Of a stretch of 14,107 nucleotides of DNA, positions 1-6,971 are shown piece after piece (positions within the stretch are counted from its first letter, which is position 1; every line of letters begins with the position of its first letter). A model generated the notes under the pieces. The model was not told the DNA's origin. It worked only from the letters and a program-made list of their open reading frames with translations, and ran no database searches. This DNA is from Candidatus Micrarchaeia archaeon (GTDB lineage: Archaea > Micrarchaeota > Micrarchaeia > Micrarchaeales > CABMGC01), in the NCBI GenBank assembly GCA_049966395.1, contig JBMFUT010000019.1, forward strand, positions 1-14,107. The letters run 5' to 3'. The position numbers were made by a program, and so were the translations under genes.

Positions 1-204
1 TTTGTTTAGAAAATGACAGTTAATGTATGCCTTGAATATTTAATACATAGTCGTCTGTCAATAGTATATCATAGCCTACGAATTTTAGATTATTTGCTTC
101 AGAATATTTCATTAGTGAGTAGAAAAGTGCATCTGACATTAACACCGCTTGTTATGGTAGAGGATAAAAGCAGCAATGGAACTCTTCCAAAAAAGAAAGG
201 CAGA

Positions 205-414
205 CTAACTTATAGCAGTTGGCAATGATAAAGAAGAAGAAAAATAGTCGAAATCCTTGCTCCCGCATTTTCTCATCCACTTTTTCGCAATTTTTTCTTC
301 ATTGAGCTCAAATACATCAATGTTCCTCCCCTTTTTGGGAAAATATAAGGGAGGGAAGGCATTATGTTCTTTGAGATCGGGCAGTTTTCCCGTGCTCTGA
401 GCATATCCTTGCAT
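205..414 (-). CDS. Small hypothetical ORF, possibly a pseudogene remnant (frame continues upstream through a TAG at 426-424 to a GTG at 480)
   Basis: 69-aa ORF with no recognisable motif. A TATA-like TTTAAAT lies at 509-503 on the minus strand, about 23 nt before the upstream GTG. Confidence 0.25.
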   Translation of the reverse strand: MQGYAQSTGKLPDLKEHNAFPPLYFPKKGRNIDVFELNEEKIAKKWMRKCGSKDFDYFSSSLSLPTAIS

Positions 415-520
415 ACGCTGATGCTACGCTGGTTTTTCTGGCCCCCCTTTACCTACAAGTGCCTCTATCACTATTAGCACTGCTGACTTATTTGAGATAA
501 AGATTTAAAGCGGAGCCGCA

Positions 521-1978
521 TCATTCCAGAGGTCCTTGTTCCTTTGTGTATATTGTGAGCGATGGCGGTTTCCTCGGCATTGGGTTGGCTCTTATGCCAT
601 AGATGGCCTTTATGTTGCGTTCGAGCGCCAATGCCACCAGTCTCTGCGTTATTGTGCCGTCAAGGACTATGCCATATACACCTCTGTTGTTTTCTATCAT
701 CGAGAAGAGGTCTCTAATAGGGCCTTCCACTATGACATTGCCTTCAACGTTGTAAAGCCTGCATCTCAGTGTGTTTGCGAGGTCGTCAAGACCTTTGGCA
801 AGCTGCGAAAGGAGAATGCTATCAAGCGCCGGCTTCGCTGCAGAGACATCCCCGTAACGGTCGCCCTGCGGCTCCTTTGCAAGTTTCTGCGGCTCTATAA
901 CAGGAAGCTCCTCGTTTTCATCTTCATACTCCTTTCTCAAGTCTTTTATCACGGGCAATTCTTCTTCTTCAACTGCTGGCGCAGGCTCCTGTCTCTGCTC
1001 TGGCCTAAATGTAGGCTTTGGCTGAGCCTGAGGCTGCTGCGGCTGGCGTGGCTGTTGGGGCTGCTGCGCTTGTTGTTGCGGCCTCTGGGGTTGTTGCTGG
1101 GGTGCCTGCTGGTGTTGTTCTTGTTCAGGCTTCTTGCCGTTCCTTCCTAAGCCTAAATACTGGTCTATAGGCACCTTTGATCTTATCGCTTTTATTATCT
1201 CCTTCCTGGTAAGTTCTTCAACCTCTTTGCCATCCGGCGCCCTTGCGACGAAATCGACTTCTGCTGCGTTTATTACCCCTCTGGCTATCATTTCTCCTCC
1301 CCTGTCACCATCCACGAAGAGCGTCACCTCCTTCTCGTTGCAGAGTTTTATTATGCTCTTTGGTATTTCTGCAGTCGCCCCTCCAAGCGCGACGACGTTT
1401 GTTATGTCGTTTTTGAGCAGATTTATTACGTCTGCCCTTCCCTCTACTAGTATTATTTCGCTCTCCTTTGCTATGTCTGGCCCTGAAGGTAGGCGCTCCG
1501 GCCCATAGGTAGCTATTTCGCTAGCCTTGACATCTGACTCAACAAGCTCAGTAAGCTCCTTGCTGTCAGGTATTTCAGTAGTGAGAAGCTTCCTGAGAAG
1601 ATCCTTTGCCCTCTCGAGCAGCTTCCTTCTCTTTTCAGCCCTGGTATCCTCTATTTTGCTTACCTGAAAATTGGCTTCGTATGGTCCTACCCTGTCTACC
1701 GATTCTACTGCTGCTGCAAGTACGCAAGTCTCTATTTTGTCAAGTGACGCGGGGAGATAAAGATTGCCGTATGTCTTGTTTCCTGACTGCGATGCGTCTA
1801 TCTCTATTCTGCCTATTTTGCCGCCCTTCTGCAGCTCCCTCAGATCAAGGTCATCGCCAAGAAGACCTTCTGTCTGCCCGAATACCGCGCCTATTATGTC
1901 CGGCTTTTCAACAAGCCCGTTTATTTCGAATTTCGCTTCAACCATATACTTTACTATGTCAAGGTATGTCTTTGCCAT
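521..1978 (-). CDS. dnaG: Archaeal DnaG-like protein (Toprim; exosome-associated primase homologue)
   Basis: Archaeal DnaG N-terminal signature (VEKPDIIGAVFGQTEGLLGDDLDLRELQKGGKIGRI), Toprim motifs IILVEGRADV and FVDGDRGG, ARAPDGKEVEEL, and C-terminal VLDGTITQRLV. RBS-like GGAAGTGA overlaps the upstream stop. Confidence 0.96.
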   Translation of the reverse strand: MAKTYLDIVKYMVEAKFEINGLVEKPDIIGAVFGQTEGLLGDDLDLRELQKGGKIGRIEIDASQSGNKTYGNLYLPASLDKIETCVLAAAVESVDRVGPYEANFQVSKIEDTRAEKRRKLLERAKDLLRKLLTTEIPDSKELTELVESDVKASEIATYGPERLPSGPDIAKESEIILVEGRADVINLLKNDITNVVALGGATAEIPKSIIKLCNEKEVTLFVDGDRGGEMIARGVINAAEVDFVARAPDGKEVEELTRKEIIKAIRSKVPIDQYLGLGRNGKKPEQEQHQQAPQQQPQRPQQQAQQPQQPRQPQQPQAQPKPTFRPEQRQEPAPAVEEEELPVIKDLRKEYEDENEELPVIEPQKLAKEPQGDRYGDVSAAKPALDSILLSQLAKGLDDLANTLRCRLYNVEGNVIVEGPIRDLFSMIENNRGVYGIVLDGTITQRLVALALERNIKAIYGIRANPMPRKPPSLTIYTKEQGPLE

Positions 1979-1982
1979 AAAA

Positions 1983-2372
1983 TCACTTCCTTTTCACGTT
2001 TTCCTTCTTTAGCACATCCATTATTGGCTGGTATGCCTGTTCAACGGATGTTATGTTAAGCAGTTTGAGTAAGTAATGCCCAAGTTCAGTATTTACATTG
2101 CAGTTGCGTTCAATAAGGAAAGACAGAGCCTTGCTCTCTTTGTCGTAGCCGCCGTTGTCATTGTCCATTATCAGGTAAACAATTTTGCCTTCTTCAATAT
2201 CTATGTGGTTTCTCATAAGCCTGTCATAAGATATCGCGCTTATGCCCAGTTTCATGAACATGTCTATGTCATGCTTTCCTTCGACTACGACAACGCCCCT
2301 GCTAAGCTTGTCTAGCATTGCGGCAATTTTTTTCCTGCTCTCTTCCGTCTTGTTGTTCTGCACCTTGATCAC
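1983..2372 (-). CDS. Small stand-alone Toprim-domain protein (RNase M5-like/primase-related)
   Basis: Toprim motifs VVVVEGKHD and LIMDNDNGG. The stop is 4 nt upstream of the dnaG start, suggesting an operon. GTG start at 2372, alternative GTG at 2363. Confidence 0.85.
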   Translation of the reverse strand: MIKVQNNKTEESRKKIAAMLDKLSRGVVVVEGKHDIDMFMKLGISAISYDRLMRNHIDIEEGKIVYLIMDNDNGGYDKESKALSFLIERNCNVNTELGHYLLKLLNITSVEQAYQPIMDVLKKENVKRK

Positions 2373-2378
2373 TCAAAA

Positions 2379-2470
2379 TTAGTTGCATTATAATAGGTGC
2401 AGCACGATCTTGTTAGAGTAATTCATCAACGCTTCAGTATTAATCATATACACACCCGTAATGCAACTAA
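2379..2470 (-). ncRNA. Candidate structured RNA or 5' leader with K-loop and C/D-like boxes
   Basis: Perfect 12-bp inverted repeat (2379-2390 / 2459-2470), inner G.U-containing helices on the minus strand, and a CUGA-AGCG-UUGAUGA K-loop motif. TATA-like TTAATATAA at 2510-2502. Confidence 0.45.
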
Positions 2471-2501
2471 GCTCCACACCCAATTGAACATCGTTAATTT
2501 C

Positions 2502-2532
2502 TTATATTAAGTAGTAAGAAATATTATTATAT
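2502..2532. promoter_or_regulatory. Divergent TATA-box promoter region (Toprim-dnaG on minus, hjc on plus)
   Basis: AT-rich TTAATATAA (minus strand, 2510-2502) and TTATTATAT (plus strand, ~2524-2532), the latter about 20-25 nt before the hjc ATG at 2551. Confidence 0.45.
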
Positions 2533-2550
2533 GTTTTGCTTGGTAGTTGC

Positions 2551-2943
2551 ATGAACCGTTATAGCAAGGGAGCCAGGAGCGAGAGGGAGCTTATAAACAA
2601 GTTCTACGAGAATGGCTTCTCGGTCATAAGAAGCGCTGGCTCAGGAGTGAATTCAATAAGCCCAGACATAGTTGCAATAAAGAACGGCAAGGGCTTTGCC
2701 TTCGAGTGCAAGGCTTGGGACAGAACCACCCTGTCAATAGACGAGATAAAATTCAACGAGCTTAAAAAATGGGAGGAAAACACGAACTTCAAGACTTTCA
2801 TAGGCTGGCGCATGAACGGCGAGGGCTGGTTTTTCATCGGGCTTGGCGATTTGGAGAAGGGCAAGAACTACAACATAACTAAAAAGAAGGCAAAGTCGAT
2901 AAATATCAGACTGGAAAACATAATGAAAATGCCTGGCATGTAA
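2551..2943 (+). CDS. hjc: Archaeal Holliday junction resolvase Hjc (PD-(D/E)xK)
   Basis: MNRYSKGARSERELI, FSVIRSAGSG, PDIVA and FECK match Hjc motifs. ATG at 2551 is preferred over the ORF-track start at 2536. Confidence 0.93.
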   Translation: MNRYSKGARSERELINKFYENGFSVIRSAGSGVNSISPDIVAIKNGKGFAFECKAWDRTTLSIDEIKFNELKKWEENTNFKTFIGWRMNGEGWFFIGLGDLEKGKNYNITKKKAKSINIRLENIMKMPGM

Positions 2944-4491
2944 GTGCTTGCGATGGGGCTGCACAAGTTTCATATTGACAAATACGAATTGGCAGCCATT
3001 GCGGTAACAATTGCAAGTTTCTTGTACTGGTCAGCATTTTCGATTAACGCCTATATGACCTTCCACGAGTATGCAGACCTTGCCGCATTCGTGCAGAGCT
3101 TCTATTTCAATTTGCACTATCCATCTATAGCCCACGGTTTCCAATTTCTTGTCTACGGCAACCACATTGTGCCACTTTTCATTATCCTGATGCCGTTCTT
3201 CGCGGCTTTTCAATCGCCAATCACATTGCTGCTTGCGCAAGTTTTTGTTATTTCAGCAGCAGGCCTAGCGCTTTTTTACGCAACAAGAAGCCTTACCAAG
3301 AGCCCTCTGATAGGCTTGGTTTTTGCCGCGGCCTTTCTGCTCAATCCAGGCGTCCACGGAATGATCCTTTTCGATTTTCACGCTGAGGCTTTCATATCTT
3401 TGTTCTACATACTCTCCTTCTACTACGGCATGAAAACTTACAGGTGGCGCTTCGCAATTTCTTTCTTGCTACTTATGTGCACTATGGAAGTCGCGCCGTT
3501 GCTTGGAATTGTGCTTGGAGCAAGCATTATGGCATTCAGCATTAGGAAAAGCGCTTTCGAGCCTGAAAAAGCGCAGCAGAGAATGAGGATCGGAATATTT
3601 GCCATAGCAATGTCATTGGCTTTCTTGTTTTTATATTCGTATATTTCAGGCTATCTTTATAACGCCTACCCAAGTTCCTACGGCGGGCTTCCTTCCGCGC
3701 TTTATGTGAGCGTTGGATCGCAAAATACGATAGGAAGTGCATCTGTTTATGCAATTTCGCATATTAGGCAAACGATACTACTTGATTATTACAGCTATGG
3801 AGATTTCATCCGCTACCTGATATTTGCGCTGCTAATTGTTTTTGCAGGTTTTGGTATTTATGCGTTTTCTGCGCCAGAAGAAACGCTAATATCATCTGCG
3901 CCGTGGCTCTTCATGTCTTTTGTGCTTATAAACAAGGAATTTATTTTGACGTGGTACCAGTATTTCGGCTTTGTAATCGCACCAGTAGCAACGGCTGCAC
4001 TCCTCGGAGTAATAAGAATAAAAGAAAAAGAGGGGATAGCTTACATGTTATTGGCAAAGCTTGGAGGCAATCCATTCAAAGCATCATACATATCTGCTAT
4101 AGCAGTTTCTTCATTCCTATGCGCAATATCTCCCGCATTTTTCTATTCAGTCAACATAAACAATATGGTTCAGGACATGCTTTTCATGCCAAATTCTACG
4201 GTCAAGCTTGCAGAAGCTCAGCTGCAGAGCATTATTAACATGGTCCCGCAAAATGCAAGCCTTTATTCTCAGCCATTTGTGAGTGCGCACGCCGCTGAAA
4301 GAGTGAGCACTGGTCAGGGCACTAATTACACCACATGGCCAGAATATGTGATAACAGATTTCAATAGTAGTATTAGTCCTAATGCTGCAATTGGCGGGCA
4401 GCAATATGATACTATTGAAGGATTCCTAAGCACCCATCCTTACAAGCTTGTGGCGAGGAACGGAACGGCAGAACTTTACAAGAAAATATGA
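2944..4491 (+). CDS. DUF2079-like polytopic membrane protein (predicted GT-C-fold glycosyltransferase)
   Basis: About 10-12 hydrophobic segments. Motifs ADLAAFVQ, GNHIVP..PF...SPITLLLAQ and FDFHAEAF are recalled as typical of DUF2079. Soluble C-terminal domain. Start is GTG 2944 or ATG 2953. Confidence 0.78.
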   Translation: MLAMGLHKFHIDKYELAAIAVTIASFLYWSAFSINAYMTFHEYADLAAFVQSFYFNLHYPSIAHGFQFLVYGNHIVPLFIILMPFFAAFQSPITLLLAQVFVISAAGLALFYATRSLTKSPLIGLVFAAAFLLNPGVHGMILFDFHAEAFISLFYILSFYYGMKTYRWRFAISFLLLMCTMEVAPLLGIVLGASIMAFSIRKSAFEPEKAQQRMRIGIFAIAMSLAFLFLYSYISGYLYNAYPSSYGGLPSALYVSVGSQNTIGSASVYAISHIRQTILLDYYSYGDFIRYLIFALLIVFAGFGIYAFSAPEETLISSAPWLFMSFVLINKEFILTWYQYFGFVIAPVATAALLGVIRIKEKEGIAYMLLAKLGGNPFKASYISAIAVSSFLCAISPAFFYSVNINNMVQDMLFMPNSTVKLAEAQLQSIINMVPQNASLYSQPFVSAHAAERVSTGQGTNYTTWPEYVITDFNSSISPNAAIGGQQYDTIEGFLSTHPYKLVARNGTAELYKKI

Positions 4492-4583
4492 AAGCTCCAA
4501 GAATGCCACTATTCAGGCATTTTGCAAATGCTTTTTAAAGCTTTCAAGGCAAACTAACTACGCACATTTTTCGGGGGGATGTT

Positions 4584-4814
4584 TTGGTTGCAGGTAAAAT
4601 AAGCTTATACGACGTAGAGCAGTTCATAAGGGAGGCTGGAGCCGAAAAGGTGACCGAAGATGCAGTCAGGGACTTGGAGGAAGAGCTTGAGAAGCTGGCG
4701 CAAACAATAGCAGACAATGCGGTCAAATATGCCAACCATGCGGGCAGGAGGAAGCTGATAAAAAGATCAGATATAGTGCTCGCCAAGCCGATAATCCAGG
4801 CCAGAAAGCCCTGA
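4584..4814 (+). CDS. Archaeal histone (HMf-like fold), divergent
   Basis: IREAGAEKVTEDA...ANHAGRRKLIKRSDIVLA aligns with HMfB IKDAGAERVSDDA...ARHAGRKTIKAEDIELA. TTG start follows a G-rich RBS. TATA TTTTTAAA at 4532-4539. Confidence 0.92.
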   Translation: MVAGKISLYDVEQFIREAGAEKVTEDAVRDLEEELEKLAQTIADNAVKYANHAGRRKLIKRSDIVLAKPIIQARKP

Positions 4815-5867
4815 CTAGAGCAAATTAGCAAACTTCAGGGCAAGCGCTATCAATACAAACAGAAGCTCGAAAAGCGTAAGATACCTGCTGACTTCGTATT
4901 CCTTCATTGGCTTTATGTTCATCATCCAGTGCGCAAGGCTGTATATCTTTTTTCCGTACGGCGCCTTCATAGTGCCGTCATGCTGCCTTATGCCAAGGTC
5001 ATTTACCTTGAATTTCCTTTTCAGGTGCAGCAAGAATTCTATAATCCAAGGTATGAATATTACTATGCCAAAGGCCTCCATGTTACCTATTGCCATAAGC
5101 GCCACCATTGCAGCCCCTACGCCGTAAGTGTAGCTGTCGCCAGGAAGTATCCTTGCCTTGTATTTGGTGAAAGGCACGAAGGCAAGTATCGATGAAAGCA
5201 CTATGGCAGAAAGCAGCACTCCTGTATGGTTGCCATATAACACAGAATACAAAAGCATGCCAAGCACAGCTACTCCTGTCATGCCTGTCTGGAGGCCGTC
5301 AAAACCGCCGAGCAGATTCACGGCATTCGCTACAAAAATCACGGCCAAAGGAAGCACCACGAGGGGATATAACCAGAACAAGTTTAATGCTCCATATATA
5401 GGCACGTGCACTATGCTAACCCCAACATTAACAGCCATGAGCGGAAGTGCCCCTATGACAGTAAGAAGCGGCTTCTGCCACTGCTTTAGCCCCTCCCTTA
5501 TGTCCTTTCGGTCTGTTGTCATGACCCTCTCCTGCCTGACGTTTATGTCATCGATAAAGCCCACAAATGTAATCAACACCACCGAAAGCGCCACTGCAAG
5601 AAGGCTTGAAACATCAAATGTAGGCTTTCCTAGCAGAGAGAGTATGAAAGTGGAACCGAATGCATAGGCAAGTATGCCCACCACTATGCCGAACATGACC
5701 GCGACTCCGCCACTACTTGGAATTTTTACCACCACTTCTTTGTTGTGGTCCTCTGCTATTATGCCTGCCCTTGGAAAATAGTTAAGTGCAAACATTACCG
5801 CAATCAGAGTGGCTGCGAAAGACAATAGCGCAGGTATTATCACAGTTATATAAGAGTGGAAAAGCAT
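4815..5867 (-). CDS. aglH: UDP-GlcNAc:dolichol-phosphate GlcNAc-1-phosphotransferase (AglH/Alg7, glycosyltransferase family 4)
   Basis: PNPT-family motifs IPSSGG, VGFIDD, ANAVNLLGGFDGL and ILPGDS, with multiple TM helices. ATG at 5867 lies about 22 nt from a TATA (TTTTATTAA, 5896-5888). The ORF track starts at 5888. Confidence 0.85.
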   Translation of the reverse strand: MLFHSYITVIIPALLSFAATLIAVMFALNYFPRAGIIAEDHNKEVVVKIPSSGGVAVMFGIVVGILAYAFGSTFILSLLGKPTFDVSSLLAVALSVVLITFVGFIDDINVRQERVMTTDRKDIREGLKQWQKPLLTVIGALPLMAVNVGVSIVHVPIYGALNLFWLYPLVVLPLAVIFVANAVNLLGGFDGLQTGMTGVAVLGMLLYSVLYGNHTGVLLSAIVLSSILAFVPFTKYKARILPGDSYTYGVGAAMVALMAIGNMEAFGIVIFIPWIIEFLLHLKRKFKVNDLGIRQHDGTMKAPYGKKIYSLAHWMMNIKPMKEYEVSRYLTLFELLFVLIALALKFANLL

Positions 5868-5966
5868 GATATTATATGAAAAGTGCATTAATAAAAGCTA
5901 TTCGGAAGGTGCTGCAGCATTGTGCTGTTGCAAAAGTATTAAATAAAGTTGTGCGAAATAATAATT

Positions 5967-6866
5967 ATGAAAGAGCACTCCAAGAATATTGCCTACGCTA
6001 TTTTTCTGATAATCATTAGCGTGCTTCTTTCCGCTACGATATACGCCGTATACGACATACTGAAAATCCCAAGTACCTACAGGGTCGTCACTGACGTAGT
6101 TCTGCTGCTACTTTTTGGCACGCTAGTGATAGAATTTACAGGCCGCGCCATAAAGATATACGCCGACATTGAAATATCAAAAGGTGTCTCAACAACCCTT
6201 CAAAATGCATTCAGGCTCGTTGGCTATGCAGTGCTAATAATAATATTCCTTGGCATGCTTGGAATAAACATCACAGGTATACTCATAGGTGCAGGGTTTT
6301 TGGGCATTGTGATAGGTCTTGCCGCTCAGTCAACTCTAAGCAACATGTTCTCCGGGATATCCATAATGATATCCAAGCCCTTTTCGGTTGGCGACAGCAT
6401 AACTATGCTGACTTGGCAATATGGAGTGCAGGCACCCTCTTACCCGCACGAAGCTTTTCTTCCTGGATTTTCAGGCACTGTTGAAGCAATAGGGATTATA
6501 TATTCCAAGGTAGTTGGCGATGATGGCCTGCCCATTTTCATTCCAAACAGCATACTCAATCAAGCAATGATAATAAACCGCCATCGCTCTCACATGAAGA
6601 GAATAACAGTGAGGCTAAGTTTTTCAAAGAAGATACCATTTGTGGAATTCAAAAAGGCAATGCTCAAGAGGATTGCGCATTCAAAAGGAATAGACGCCAG
6701 GAATCCTCAACTTTTCGTTACCGCGGTTACCGATTCAGAATACCACGTTGCCATAGTCTTCTGGACAACCAAATTCAACGAGGAGGAGCAAAAATCGATA
6801 GTTCTCTCGGAAGCTATATCTGCGGTAAATGAGATGAAAACAAGCGGAAAAAGACGCAGTCGATAA
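5967..6866 (+). CDS. mscS: Small-conductance mechanosensitive channel
   Basis: TM3 motif GAGFLGIVIGLAAQSTLSNMFSGI, KPFSVGD, GTVEAIG and IFIPNS. ATG at 5967 follows TATTAAATA at 5937-5945. Confidence 0.93.
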   Translation: MKEHSKNIAYAIFLIIISVLLSATIYAVYDILKIPSTYRVVTDVVLLLLFGTLVIEFTGRAIKIYADIEISKGVSTTLQNAFRLVGYAVLIIIFLGMLGINITGILIGAGFLGIVIGLAAQSTLSNMFSGISIMISKPFSVGDSITMLTWQYGVQAPSYPHEAFLPGFSGTVEAIGIIYSKVVGDDGLPIFIPNSILNQAMIINRHRSHMKRITVRLSFSKKIPFVEFKKAMLKRIAHSKGIDARNPQLFVTAVTDSEYHVAIVFWTTKFNEEEQKSIVLSEAISAVNEMKTSGKRRSR

Positions 6867-6971
6867 TAAAAACCCACGCGATGTTCCATCCTGCAATTTG
6901 CAACAAGCATCCTAAAAAACAATTTTATATTTATAGCAACAATTTATTTGCAGCCTAGTCGGGTGCAATTA

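Noticed and set aside
14..60. Imperfect inverted repeat TGACAG..ATGTAT / ATACAT..CTGTCA
   Set aside because: Only two 6-bp arms in AT-rich DNA at the window edge, and the context is not visible.
13..228. 71-aa plus-strand ORF
   Set aside because: AT-rich with no motif and overlapping the 3' end of the opposite ORF. Likely spurious.
1020..1125. Trinucleotide-like repeat as CRISPR array or DNA satellite
   Set aside because: Degenerate Gln/Pro codons within dnaG, with no constant repeat-spacer period.
536..2315. Plus-strand ORFs of 79-204 aa, including the Leu-rich 536..1150
   Set aside because: Antisense shadows of dnaG and the Toprim gene. The Leu-richness mirrors the CAG/CAA codons of the Q-rich linker.
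2379..2470. Interpretation as 5S rRNA, TPP/fluoride riboswitch, H/ACA RNA or MITE
   Set aside because: Lacks the conserved 5S and riboswitch sequences, has no ACA 3' of the closing stem, and shows no target-site duplication or second copy in the window. A MITE is not fully excluded without a genome-wide search.
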